A stretch of 64,000 bases of DNA, from positions 62,001-126,000 of the forward strand of contig OZ025796.1 in NCBI GenBank assembly GCA_964019425.1, in the 5' to 3' direction. Within the stretch, counting starts at the first letter, position 1. Each line of letters opens with the position of its first letter. This stretch comes from Flectonema sp. DT1601 (lineage: Eukaryota). Made by a program: the position numbers and the translations under genes. Below, in pieces: positions 50,960 through 62,954 of the stretch. Below the pieces are notes generated by a model. The model was not told the DNA's origin. It made no database searches and saw only the letters and a list, made by a program, of their open reading frames with translations.

Positions 50960-53905
50960 CTATAAATTAACGGCTCCTAACGTGTGAATAGCAGAGCTGT
51001 AGTTAAGCTGAACTGGACGAGACATCTTTGCCAACACATCACGACTCACGTAGTCGAATAAGGTTCTCAAATCAGAGTCAGTCTCATGGTAAGAAGACGT
51101 GTGATAAATACTAACAATATGATCATAAAAAACAACATCTTCAGCAGACATATCCGGAAAGATGTGAAGCTTTGTATTTGGTGGTAGTGATAAACGAGTA
51201 GTTCCCTCTTCAGTAGCAACTTGACATTTCCACAAGTAATTTGGGGATTTATTTTCCAACACCATCCCAACTGGTAGTGTGGTATCTTCTCTCCACCACA
51301 CTGAGGTAGGACTTTGATCTCCATTTGCATAAGGTTTGGCATCTTGACCCTTCCCTTGACGACAAACAGTAGAGTAGTACATATCTCCAAGTTGCTTTTT
51401 TGAAACTTCTCGGAAGTGAGCTACTCCAGACTCTGAAACTTCTGTTCCCAATCCCAACACATATTGTGAAACCTCTGAGCCAGTTGGCAGATCAACTCTT
51501 GAAGGAATTATAATATACTCACTTCCTGATTGTAGTGTTAGCTCTACAGCAACAGGAGGATCATCTGGACCAGCTAATGGTGTTCCAGTAGTAGGAACCA
51601 GAGTTACTACTTCGTAAGCAATCATCGGGTTTGGATCTTTTTTTAAGACAGCGATTCCAAGAGTAGGGCATCGGACTCCGGGAGATGCTGGCTGTAGTTG
51701 AATGACTGCTCTGGTTGTTTTAAATGTTTCAATCACAGTAACAAAGTTCGGATATTTTCCGAATAGTTCTCCGTGAACTCGGATGTCTCCCCAGCCACTG
51801 CGGAGATGACAAACTGTTAAAGTTGAGAAGTTTTGAAATATACTTTCTAAAGGCATCCAAGTCGTGCTATTCTTCCTGTCAGAGTCGACAACTGTTGTGT
51901 CGTAATTGTGATAGAGATTCTGTGATATGTTTTGTTTCCAAATATCATCTGACCAACCCCATGGACCATTCCATTTCACATCACCTCTAAGCCTTAGTAG
52001 TCTAAATCCATTGTAACTGACAGCTGATAAGACAGTCGCTGATGATAATGACATCTCAGATTCACTATTTGTGATTATTTTATCATCTGATGGGTTCGGC
52101 TCAACATCACTTCCAGCAACACAGATAATACAATCTTGTTCTAACCAAAGTTGTAATTCATCCCAGAAAGCATCTGTATCAATCTGTTGAGTACTAAGGT
52201 TTATACGATGATATGCTGCTCCCGTAAACAGAGCGAGAGCTCTACCAATGGTACCAAAACGGAGTGAGGAATAGCTTCCAGCTAACCAGGCTGAAGTCTT
52301 CTCAAGGAGGTGAACCCAAAGTTCATTTGACTGAATTGTTGAATAAGCGGGACCACCAGGTTGAGATATATAACAAGGAATCCAGGTATCACAAGTAATA
52401 GTCATCCACCAACCTGATGTACAAACACGAGTTAGGTAACTACCAAAGGGTAAATTATATTCAGGAAGACAGCTATGAAGCAGTTCTTTGTGTTCCGCTA
52501 AGGCTCTTGCTGCAGCAACCCACCATCTGTGACCTAACCTACCACTTGATATTGATGTTGAAGGGATCTCTGCAATCACCTGAGCTGCTTCTCGATGAAT
52601 TGAAAGAAATTGTTGCGGCCTTTTTAGAATTAGTCCTTCGCTTTCCTGAACGTCAGATATCATCGTTTCGATGAAATCCAAATCAACGAACAGTTTCTGT
52701 TCTTCGGAACATCGTTGACTGAGTTGTTCTGATCCTTGTTCTGATGATTTCATTTGTCGAACTAATCGGATTTCAGTATTCAATCTCTCCGACATGTATG
52801 CAGCTATCGCTGTGCTGTCGAAATCGAAATCGAGGTGTAGTTTACTGAGTGAAAAGCCTTCTGGTTCACGTGAATCAGATGCGATAGGAAGCAAGTAACC
52901 AAGCTGATAATCCTTATCCAAACTATGAAACGAGAAATCAATTCGAAAAGGAACACCATTAGCCGGTACACTAGCAAGTGACCCTGTTTCACCTGGCAGT
53001 AATTTTACAGTATGTCCATTTAAGGTTATTGTTACTAAGTTGGGAGCTGTATTTTGTAGTGAGACTGCTACCTGTTCAAAGGGATTGCCGTCACACTGCA
53101 AGTTGATGTTGAGATTTGAAACTCTGCTCGCCGAGGAATCAAAACCACACACTGGAATTACAGAACTTGGTAAGATACTTTCAGTTAATCGGATGTCTCC
53201 TTCAGTAGTTATGGTCGCTGATGTATTCGCAATTGGTATTGTTGTTATTCCAATTGATGGAGAGGTCACGGATATCTTTATTGATTGGGTAAGTGATAAG
53301 TTTGATAGTGACAACACAACTCCCTCAACTTTATGGGGACTCAAAACATTCTGAGTCAATGAAAGAGTATGATGAGGTGAAGCAGGACTGCTATGTTGAA
53401 TAGGGAGCATTTCACTAACCTTTGGAGGTAATGGAGACATAGTCCTCTGTGGTAGCATTGGAACCCGCTGATGAGGTTTTGATGCCATCGGAGTCACTGA
53501 TATTATTTCATCTTCTGACGTTCTCCGAACAGATATCGCCTTAGAAAGACATTCAGCAGTCTTTGATGAAAGACATACAATAGTCCAAGTTTTATTATTA
53601 GCTGTTAACAGTACAGTTCTACCATTGCTTTTATTACTTTGTATATCCGATATGTTAATTTCTGCTTGAATTCCAATAAAAACAACACTTGATTTCGTGA
53701 CCCTAACGCCAGCTGGTTCATTATCGATAACAATCCCATCACTGAATACGATATCGTCTATGACTTTCATATCTGAAAATGAAAAATACCCAGGAGACGT
53801 TTCATTCAACAGCGTTATATACTTCTCTGTTGCGGCTAACAACTCGAAATAAGCAGAAGACGATAATTTGATAGTTCCATCTGGGGAGGGAGGACTCCCA
53901 TTCAT
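50960..53905 (-). CDS. Calpain-like protein, predicted catalytically inactive
   Basis: GRLGHRWWVAAARALAEH (vs QGxLGDCW), ELWVHLLEKTSAWLAGSYSSL, ALALFTG, RLLRLRGDVKWNGPW, then a domain III-like region (EYIIIPS). Likely start MNGSPP at 53905. Confidence 0.85.
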   Translation of the reverse strand: MNGSPPSPDGTIKLSSSAYFELLAATEKYITLLNETSPGYFSFSDMKVIDDIVFSDGIVIDNEPAGVRVTKSSVVFIGIQAEINISDIQSNKSNGRTVLLTANNKTWTIVCLSSKTAECLSKAISVRRTSEDEIISVTPMASKPHQRVPMLPQRTMSPLPPKVSEMLPIQHSSPASPHHTLSLTQNVLSPHKVEGVVLSLSNLSLTQSIKISVTSPSIGITTIPIANTSATITTEGDIRLTESILPSSVIPVCGFDSSASRVSNLNINLQCDGNPFEQVAVSLQNTAPNLVTITLNGHTVKLLPGETGSLASVPANGVPFRIDFSFHSLDKDYQLGYLLPIASDSREPEGFSLSKLHLDFDFDSTAIAAYMSERLNTEIRLVRQMKSSEQGSEQLSQRCSEEQKLFVDLDFIETMISDVQESEGLILKRPQQFLSIHREAAQVIAEIPSTSISSGRLGHRWWVAAARALAEHKELLHSCLPEYNLPFGSYLTRVCTSGWWMTITCDTWIPCYISQPGGPAYSTIQSNELWVHLLEKTSAWLAGSYSSLRFGTIGRALALFTGAAYHRINLSTQQIDTDAFWDELQLWLEQDCIICVAGSDVEPNPSDDKIITNSESEMSLSSATVLSAVSYNGFRLLRLRGDVKWNGPWGWSDDIWKQNISQNLYHNYDTTVVDSDRKNSTTWMPLESIFQNFSTLTVCHLRSGWGDIRVHGELFGKYPNFVTVIETFKTTRAVIQLQPASPGVRCPTLGIAVLKKDPNPMIAYEVVTLVPTTGTPLAGPDDPPVAVELTLQSGSEYIIIPSRVDLPTGSEVSQYVLGLGTEVSESGVAHFREVSKKQLGDMYYSTVCRQGKGQDAKPYANGDQSPTSVWWREDTTLPVGMVLENKSPNYLWKCQVATEEGTTRLSLPPNTKLHIFPDMSAEDVVFYDHIVSIYHTSSYHETDSDLRTLFDYVSRDVLAKMSRPVQLNYSSAIHTLGAVNL

Positions 53906-54579
53906 GTTACTAAAAATCCTGTTTTTTATGTGTTTTTTTTCTCTCACGGTAGAAGTCAATACTAAAAAAAAAAAAAGAATTAAAACCAACACAACTTCGA
54001 ATATAAGTGATTTTTTTATCCTGTTTAAAATTAAATACAAAATAAACACCAAAAAAAGGTACTCCAAAACACAACTACGACAACATCAGCCTCATCGGGT
54101 AATAAGAGTATAAGCCATTGGACGGCTAAAACAAAGCATTACCTCACAGAGAGATGCTTTGATAGAAGAGAATTCAAACTGAGAACAGTAAAGGGTCTCA
54201 TCCCATACAACTCGGGGGGTGGAGAACCAAAAAGAAAAGAAAATAAAATTCGTTTCCATAACATAAAGGAACATATCCCTTTGTTTGAGGTTAATTAAAA
54301 AAAAAAGAAAAAAGAAGGACAGCAATTTCAAAGAAACGTGGACAAAACACACGCAGTTCGCAAACGATAATGATATATAAAGACATCGTTAAAGGCAACG
54401 ATTGTGCGTCTACGCACACCATTAAAAATAAAACATCAGATTCTACTTTCATATGTTGTTGTGTGAGTTAGGTATTTCCAAGACGATAGAAAGATGTTTT
54501 GGAAAGGAGTCGACTTTTTCTGAGTGCTAACTCCCTCTTAGAGATGACCAACGCCTTTCTTATATAGTTCTCAGTTTCT

Positions 54580-56652
54580 TCAAATCGCTGATACCGCTGT
54601 CGGTCTCATAGTATGTAAGAAGCTAGTGGCATCAGCAGATTGCCTTTCAACTTCTTTTGTACTCCATCCCAACTCTGACGCCATCTGTTTTGAATATTTC
54701 GTTTCAGGTATTCAAAGGTTCATAAAATAAGATAATAAAATAATGTAAACGCATACCAGAGTTGCAACACGAGGAATGCTTGCGGCGGCTGCATCAGCAT
54801 CGAGGAACGCAAGACGGGTTCGACGAGCGAGGACGTCAGTAATATTGAGAGCGTATTCATGTCTGCAAGCGAATATTACTTCTGCTTCCAGCATTGGGTA
54901 CTTTGAATATAACTTACGATAGTTACGAGCATCTTCACCAGGTTCCTTACCCCGTCTCGTTGTTTCCATATTTCTAGCTATCTGAGCTACGACAAGAGCA
55001 CGAGTTCCATAATTAGAGACTAAGTGTCTAGCAACACCTTTGGGAAAGTCATACTCTTCACGAAGAGTAATTACAATTCTTTGAAAGTCACCTTTACATA
55101 ACAATCCTCCTCTGTCTGCACCAACAAGCTGAGCCTCAAGAGTTGTACAAGGTCTTGCCTTATTAGAGAGAACTTGATCTTTGTTAAGAACAGCATCAAC
55201 AGCGTCTTCTGCCATTCTTCTATATGTCGTCCACTTACCTCCACAGACGGTGATAAGACCTCCGTCAGATATTTCGACAATGTGCTCGCGAGCTATTTCT
55301 TTAGTGTCTTTAGCATCAGGGTTTCTTACGAGAGGTCTGAGACCTGCCCAAGTTGCTCTGATTTCAGATCTTCTGACGGGTCTACTGAGTAGGGCGTTTG
55401 CTTCTTTTAAAATGAATTCTATCTCATCTTCAGTAGTTTTTGGAAGATCAACTACATCAGTTTTGTGATCAGTTGTTCCAGCGATTGTACTTCCCTCCCA
55501 AGGAAGGAAATACAATACTCTACCGTCAGCTGTCGTTCTAACAAAACCCATTCTGTCTGGTGATAAATAGTCTGGTAACACTAAGTGAGCTCCCTGAGCA
55601 GGGATAACTATTTCTTCTACATCTGGGTTGGCCATTTTCCTTATGCTGTCACTGAATGGACCAGTAGCGTTAATTACTTTCTTCGACTTGATGTTGAATT
55701 CCTCCCCAGTTACGAAATCCTTAACAGAAGCACCCGTTATGTTATAATTAGATTGTCCTTGAGTTCCCGTGTTAGTTAGCGACAACACTCCAATGTGATT
55801 GGCAGCAACAGCTCCGTGTTGGATTGCTGTCAGTGCGATTGAGATGTTCATTCGAGTGTCGTTCATCTGTCCATCGTATATTACTAAGCAACCTTTTAAA
55901 TTACGTTCCTCAGAATCCTTGTCCTTTAGAGAAGGGTAGTTGTATTTAGCTTCTGCTGTAGAAATATAATGAGAACTCGGCACCAGTCTTCTACTGCCGG
56001 CAAGGAAATCATACATCTTACCTCCGAGCCAGAATACTGGAACTTCCCACCATTTATACATTGGAATCATCATAGGTAATGGTCTTGTCATGTATGGTGC
56101 TGACTCTATCATGAAAGCACGCTCGTATAGATCGTTACATACAACGTCGTAGTTTGCCTTGTTGAATGTCAGATTAGTGAATAAATCAGAAAACGTATCG
56201 GGCATCTTTTTCTGAAATGTTAACATCAGATAACGAATCCCGCCATGAATTAGTTTGGTACTGCGACTACTGGTTCCTGAGGCGTAGTCGTGTCGTTCTA
56301 CCAGTGCGACTTTTAGTCCTCTTCTTGCCGCGTCTAGAGCAATACCAGATCCGGTTGCTCCACCTCCGATAACTAAGACGTCAAACTCTTCAGTCTTTAA
56401 TCTGGATAACTGTTCTTGTCTAGTTGGAGGTACCCAAAGTCTAATTAGATGGCCGTCTTCACACATTACTGGTTCTGCCTTTGACCACGACTCCATGTGT
56501 ACTTCTCTGTGTGTAACAGCTGCTCCTAACTGTGCTTGTGGTATTGCTGAAGTGTACTGAGTTCGAAGTCTCTCTCTTGTAACTCTTGTTGACCAGTACC
56601 ATCCTCCAGCTCCTGCCGTAGCAGCAAATGCCAGAGCAGAGTGGGTTCTCAT
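54580..56652 (-). CDS. GPD2: Mitochondrial FAD-dependent glycerol-3-phosphate dehydrogenase. Exons 56652-54757, 54684-54580
   Basis: DVLVIGGGATGSG, SGTSSRSTKLIHGGIRYL, YDGQMND, INATGPFSD, WAGLRPLV, GGKWTTYR, DVLARRTRLAFLD. A GTATGC..AAACAG intron restores MASELGW. Confidence 0.95.
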
Positions 56653-57060
56653 ATTAATTTTTTTGTATTTTACTCCCTCTCTGCTGGAATAGAAATAATA
56701 TCTTCAGAGAAAAATAAATAAAACAAATCGCCACCACCACCCAAGGATTAGTTCTCATGTTTCGTGTGGTCTCCCTGCTGTCGGAAACTTGTTGATGGTC
56801 GGTTTTCAAAAATTGGGTTCTTTTTTTTTCTTTATGCGGTTTGCCTTTTCTTTCGATCACTTTTTTTTTTACTACGGCAGATATTCTTTTTTGATCAAAA
56901 AACTGTTACGGAAAATTGTGTACAAACTCTGTACGCAGCTGTAACTTCCAAACGTTACTCAAACTGTCTGATGCAGGAGAACGACAGCTGCCGCCATCCG
57001 CCACTGGGTGGTGTAGCGCAGTCTCTGAAAGAAGTGTTCAATACTCGTAATCAGATGATA

Positions 57061-57987
57061 TTATTCAGGTACCTTATGAGCGAAGGTAAGGTATCCTGTG
57101 TGTCCACGTTGTTGATTCAAAGGAACTAATTTCTTTAGAGGTGGTGGCGGTTGTTCACTTTCCTCATTCTCTTCCCGAGCAACATCTCCCTGTTTACGTT
57201 TCCTACGAGCTTCACGAGTAACAGATCTGACTGGATTGTACCAAACACTGTGTTCAGTGAATTCTCTGCGGAGTACTTCGTGAGTTCGTATTTCAGTAAA
57301 TCCCAATTCAGTTAATTTAAGACAGACTCTCTGCACTTGTTCAATACAAGGAGAGAAGTTACAGAAAACACCACCAGGTTTTAGAGTATGTTTCACTGCA
57401 GGAACGGCAAGGTGAGGACCAGGGACGTCAAGAAATAAACCGTCTGCGGTGTTTGCTGGAAGTCCGAATCCCCAGTCTTCATCAGAGCATCCTTCGGTGT
57501 GCTGAACGCAGACATCTCGAGCTTTAGCGACAACGATTGATTCGAGGCCGTGGTGTTGAAACTCTGCAGCTGCTGTTTTTGATCTTTCTTCGTGAAAATC
57601 AAAAGTTAACAATTTTCCAGTCGGATAAACAGCTCTTGCTAAACTGTGACTCAAACTACCACTACCAGTACCAGCTTCAACAACAACACTACCAGGTGAT
57701 AGTCCGAGTCTAGTGATCACGAGAGCGATGTCACATCCGTAGATTATTTGAGTTCTGTGTGGCAAACAATCAGTCCAAAACTCCATACTCGGCTTCAGGA
57801 GAAAAACTTCTCCCACCTTCGATCCCCATTTAGCTCCGATGAACCGATCGTGTTTATAATTTCCTTTCTTGCAATCAAACATCTTCCCTGACTGAATTGT
57901 TATAACCCTCTTAGCAGTGAATCCTAAATATGCAACAACAACATCTCCTTCTTTGATGGTGTCACTGTCAGTAGCTTTTCGTAACAT
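57061..57987 (-). CDS. TRM61: tRNA (adenine58-N1)-methyltransferase catalytic subunit
   Basis: LPHRTQIIY, VVEAGTGSGSLSH, FDFHEER, FLDVPGP, FSPCIEQV, GHTGYLTFA. ATG at 57987. Confidence 0.95.
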   Translation of the reverse strand: MLRKATDSDTIKEGDVVVAYLGFTAKRVITIQSGKMFDCKKGNYKHDRFIGAKWGSKVGEVFLLKPSMEFWTDCLPHRTQIIYGCDIALVITRLGLSPGSVVVEAGTGSGSLSHSLARAVYPTGKLLTFDFHEERSKTAAAEFQHHGLESIVVAKARDVCVQHTEGCSDEDWGFGLPANTADGLFLDVPGPHLAVPAVKHTLKPGGVFCNFSPCIEQVQRVCLKLTELGFTEIRTHEVLRREFTEHSVWYNPVRSVTREARRKRKQGDVAREENEESEQPPPPLKKLVPLNQQRGHTGYLTFAHKVPE

Positions 57988-58598
57988 GTTGAACGTAATT
58001 CTGGAATTGAAATAATGATAATTTAAATAAAAACGAGTCTGATCATTTTGTTTTAAACTTAACGAATCCAACAACAATCATGTACATAGATTTTTTTTTT
58101 TTTTTTTTTTTCCCCATCCAAAATTTAGTTCGAACGATAATACAGTGTTGTAGCAAATATGCTTTTCCCTTCTTTTTTTTTTTTTTTTTTTTTCTTAAAA
58201 ACAGTGAGTTGCAGGGCGTTAGTGGGATAAGTGCCAGCAGCTCATAAAAAAGTCGGGGCTTTTAGAAAAAAAAAAATATATAAAATAATAACAATAATAA
58301 AAAGGAGAATTCTCCGTTGCCTACATAAAAAAAAGTTTTTTCTCCGTTGCCTGCACCCAAAAAGTTTTTTCGCTGTTGTGAACAACTCTTTTTTTTTTTT
58401 CTCTAAAGAAAAAAATTTTTTTCTGGAAAAAAAAAAAAAAAAAAAAAAGAAAAAAGAATTGAGAAAAAAAAATCAGAGGTAGAATCTTCACATCTTCTCA
58501 CATTCTTGACAGTGTTTCCTTGTTAGACGAAAAGTTTTATAAAGCAAGAATAGAAAACACTATAAATGAATCAGATGATGAACTTGCATCGAAAAATA

Positions 58599-60643
58599 TT
58601 AAAGCTCATCAGATGATGAACTTGAATCACACTTCTTTCTCTTTCCGGATATCCGGTTTCTCCTAGTCGATGTATCGACAGTCTTCTTGGGGGCCGACTT
58701 CTTGGGGGCCGACTTCTTGGGGGCCGACTTCTTGGGGGCCGACTTCTTGGGGGCCGACTTCTTCGCTGATTTCTTCGGGGCCGATTTCTTAGGGGCTGAC
58801 TTCTTCGGGGCCGACTTCTCGTTTAGGGGGTTTTTACACGTCTTATTGTGGCCCACCTTACCACAACGACTACACAAGTTCTTTCCCTCCCCTTTGGAAG
58901 GAATCCTCTTCGTGGGGGCACCCTTTAGTTTCTTCGTTGTTGACGGTAACAGTTCAGTCTTCGCCGACTGAAACTGATACAGCCCAACTGGCCGTACTGG
59001 GTCGTCATACGCCTTTCGAAAGGCTTCCAAACGAAAGCAGGTTGGAACGTACTGCATCTTGTTGAAACCAAGAAACCTGTTTATTTAGTCCAATTAATTC
59101 GCCACAAGTAGCGTTGACCACGACAACAAAAAGACAAAAAGAAGAAGTACCTGATAGCCGCGCAGGTATGAACGCATGGCAAGGCAGTCTGCTCTGGGAG
59201 CAAACAGGTGCAAGCCATTTCTTTACCCACCAGCTTGACCAACTCCTGCCTCTGTCCATGTACAACGTTCGCTGTTTGTTGTTATTATCCCTGCAGATGA
59301 TTCTACAAGCCCCGAGAAAGATACCATACCTTCGAACACTTCGCCTTCGTGCATCACTGGTTCAACAGTGAACACTGCTGCTTCAACGGCAGCCGTCTCC
59401 ACGATCTCTCTAACCCACCCCAAAACCATCTCGTCATCACCCTCTGCATCGTGCGCACTACGCCGTCGCTCGTAGTGCCACTTCTCCACAATGCTGACAA
59501 TGCTGTTAAGCATCCCCAACACATTCTTGTCCCTGGCTGAAGAGATAACATTGTTAAACCCTTCAGCCAGGTTATTCGTACTTTGATTGTACGTCTTGGA
59601 GCGGATTGCACCGCGAGCCCAAGTCTCAGGCTCCTTTTCATCCAGGTATTCATGGAGCATTTCAAGCTCGTTCTCCTCCGCAGACTCACCAAGAGCATCA
59701 AACATCGGTAGAAACCTGTACGAAGGTGCCGTACACAGATGTTTGAACCTACCAAACATCTCCTTGCCGAACTTGGCCTTGATGTTTCGACCCATGTGTG
59801 CATTTGAGGGCAATCACATCGTTGTAATCCCCACGAAGCACCGACAGTAGGCCCTTGTCCTGATCGGCCATAAGGCCAAACCCTTCGCCCAAAAACTCCG
59901 GAACCTTCACCGCCGACTCCAGCTTCCCAAGGAAGTACTTCCACCCTTCGGCGTCTTCATTGCCTATCAAGGCGAAACCCACAGGGAATTGACTTCCCAG
60001 TGGGTCCATTGCAACAAATGTAAGCAATGTCCCCAAGTAATGTAAGAAGCACCCATCAACAACCCCAAATCCCCCCGGACATGCACCTACACCCTCCAGC
60101 GATGCCCCCAAAGCAAGGAAAAAGGACTTAAACCTTCCACCCTCTTCTTTTATGTCCCACTGGGTACCTGGGTTTTGTTCCGCCAGTGAGGTGAACCAGG
60201 CCTGTAACCGGGTCACCATTGATCTCTTTATCGGCCTCTCCGAGGACCCGGTATACAGTATCCTTCCCTACTGTTATACCGCAAGACTTTAAGTCTTGTA
60301 CAAGGTGGGACTTTTTATATTTTGTACCCAACTCCTTGTATTTTGCCAGGGAAAGGTAGGCTATTGTGGTCTTGAGCCCGTACACCCTCCCCTCCCCAGG
60401 GTTGCAAGCGTCCGTATGCCGCAGCTGTGACACCGTCACAGTTCTCTCTTCACAACTCCCTGTAGCGCACACCCTCCACTCACATGAGTCGGATGTGCAA
60501 TGGAACGATATCCGGTTCTCACGCTTTTGTCTGCTAAACCTCCTTCCAGTGGAGCAGCAGGCGAGGGTGACGCTTGCCAGGAGTGCACTCTCGCTAGGGA
60601 AGACACGTCCCAGGGTTGGTGTCGGAACATTGAACACCGGCAC
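58599..60643 (-). pseudogene. Frameshifted MULE transposase (MuDR N-terminus, DDE domain, SWIM finger, CCHC knuckle, KKSAP tail)
   Basis: Spread over several frames: FHC..CEWRVCA, VVDGCFL..FPVGFA..E..W..F, ADQDKG, TNNLAEGFN, CTCLLPEQTALPCVH, CSRCGKVGHNKTC. Probable intron at 59077-59150. Confidence 0.85.
58683..58819. repeat. 15-bp coding tandem repeat encoding (KKSAP)n
   Basis: CTTCTTGGGGGCCGA-like units, about 9 copies. Confidence 0.9.
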
Positions 60644-60809
60644 GTTTATGGTCGGGACAGGTGTAACAGTATCCTCAGATGAAAAATTCTTTTAGGTGGA
60701 CTACAACGGAGAAAAATAAAGTTTTGGGGTAGCAACGGAGAATTTTCCTAATAAAAAGGACAAAGCTCTAGTCTCCCAAAAGTGTCAATTGTACCCTCTG
60801 GCCTTTGAG

Positions 60810-60844
<35 letters not shown>

Positions 60845-60963
60845 ATTTCAGATTAGCCTTATATTCCATTGAAATGAATGTAGAAAACACGACTGTCTCA
60901 CGGAGGGAATATCGGATTTTAATCTGCAACAGTTCCACGTCAGAAGATCAAGTATTAATATTA

Positions 60964-61458
60964 TCATTCTTTCATTATTGGAGACTTGCCGATGAAAGCT
61001 GCTGCTCTGATATCTTTGTAGGTCAAGGAGCCTTTTGGTTTCACCATCTTCGCATCAACGAGAAGATCTGTAATAACTTTTTCAGTTATCCTCTGGATAT
61101 TATATAAAGAAGCCCGACTGAATCTCGTCACAGTAGTGAATTCCCTAACACCCCTCTTGAATGAGGTGTGAGGTAGACAAGGCTTTACATTAGCTTGTTC
61201 ACAAATCAAAGGACCAGTTGTTCCTTCTTCTCTTCTAATTACTTCAGCGATGTCACTTGCGCTAACGTTTGGTTTGTTGTTATTTTTTGCTTCCAATGCG
61301 ATTATTTTGATGTATTCTTCTAAACCAGCTGTTAATGCAATCGCTGAATTCGTTGACATATGAAGTTTTCCGGTTTCTTTCTTCATTCTTGTTTTAACCC
61401 TTCCGGATGGTATCGTTGTTGCCGGAGATTTTCGTTTTGGAGCTTTTGACTTCGCCAT
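60964..61458 (-). CDS. Double histone-fold protein (H2A-like fold fused to an H3-like fold)
   Basis: N-half IPSGRVKTRMKK..MSTNSAIALTAGLEEY..VSASDIAEVIRREE resembles H2A. C-half LPHTSFKRGVRE..RFSRASLYNIQRITEKVITDLLVDA..LTYKDIRAA resembles H3. ATG at 61458, single exon. Confidence 0.75.
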   Translation of the reverse strand: MAKSKAPKRKSPATTIPSGRVKTRMKKETGKLHMSTNSAIALTAGLEEYIKIIALEAKNNNKPNVSASDIAEVIRREEGTTGPLICEQANVKPCLPHTSFKRGVREFTTVTRFSRASLYNIQRITEKVITDLLVDAKMVKPKGSLTYKDIRAAAFIGKSPIMKE

Positions 61459-62954
61459 CTCTTGTGTCGGAGAGTACTTTAAAAAGAAATAAAATAAATA
61501 AAACCGATAACAAGTAGAGAACGGGAAACACTAAGAACGTTTTTTTTTTTTTTTTTTTTTGAAAATCCAAACACTTGCACATCAAAGTAAGCTAACGGGA
61601 TATCAGTCATTTGATACCACACAACCGTAAAGACTCCCTCAGGCGTGAAGGGACGTTGTGACCATCAGTATTCGTGTTAAGACACACTGCCAGTGTCAAC
61701 GACGTTAAGCCTAACTAACCCCTTTGGGTATTATATTATTAAATTCCTGTTTTTTTGAAGGGGGAAAAAAAAGATATAATTTGAAAAGAATTTCACTGCA
61801 GTAGCATTCACTGTAAGGGTCTGCGAAAAAACAAGCGCAACCTCAAAAAAAGAAATAAATAAAAAAATTGCATACACAAGTGATTGTTGTCAATTATCGA
61901 AATTACCCTCCGCTGTGATATAAATTTTGTTTCTCTTGAGAATCAGTCAAAAAAGCAAAAGCACAAACAGAAAAAATACTCACTTGTCTTTTCATTCGTT
62001 TTTCTTTTTTTTTTTCAATCAGTCGAACCCTCAATTTCCTCCCAGGATGGAAAACTGTGTTAACTTCTAAAACGATTTTTTCTCTGAATAGGATTTTTCT
62101 GGTCGGTACTTTTGCCTTTGACTGATAAACTCTTTTTCTTATTCTGTTAAGTTTTTTTTTTTTTTCCAGTTTTTTCTCACTTTCCTTCAACAATTTGAAA
62201 TACGACCAGGCAGCACCTTTAGCTAGAATTCCGTTTCAAAAAAACAAACAAAAATCATCAAAAAAAAAAAAAAAAAACTGGAAGGAAAGAACTAAAAAAA
62301 AGAAGGCATAGCTTGCTGACCCACTAACAAACGAAAAAAAAAAAAGAGAGAAATATCTATCGATATTTTGCATAAGGGAAAATCATCACAATAACATTTG
62401 ATCCTTCGAAGACCTCATCACAGCGGCCCAATCAAGTCTGCTCGAAACAACATTCTGTAAACCTGGGCCAACTATGAATAAAATTATTGCTGTCGACACT
62501 AAACAAAAACTATCTGATGATGGGTTCACGTAAACATATACTCAAGTCCTCACACGTTTTCTTTTTTTTTTTTTTTTTTTTATTCAGTCGCATTCCTTCT
62601 TTTGTGGGATGATACAACCTAATTTACTATTTTTTTTTTTTCCTCTTTTTTTTTTTTTTATTCTTTTTTCCCTTCCTCCCTCAAGCCAAACGAGCTAGCT
62701 ATAAAAAAAAAGAAGTTCATCAGATATCCACTTGTCAGTTTTTTCTTAAAACTAAAAATCACAATTGAATAAAGGTTTAAATGTTCTTTGTTAGTTTCAA
62801 AAAAACAATTCCGAACAGAACGGCGTTGAAGTTTACTTCAACCGTCAACCTTTTGACTCTCCCGCTGTGACTAGCCTCCAATGACAATACAACTAAATCT
62901 GGACCTGCCAACAACCATCAGGTTTGCAAGTTCAGAATTATAGTTTTTTGTGTA

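Larger units (their letters stand above)
58304..60748 (-). mobile_element. Mutator-like (MULE) DNA transposon
   Basis: Imperfect ~65-bp TIRs (GGAGAATTCTCCGTTGC... / ...GCAACGGAGAATTTTCC). 9-bp TSD TAATAAAAA at 58295-58303 and 60749-60757. Encodes transposase fragments. Confidence 0.93.

Noticed and set aside
57006..57060. GGGTGGTGTAGCGCAGTCT resembling a tRNA 5' end
   Set aside because: No T-loop (GTTCRA in the proper context) or acceptor-stem complement follows.
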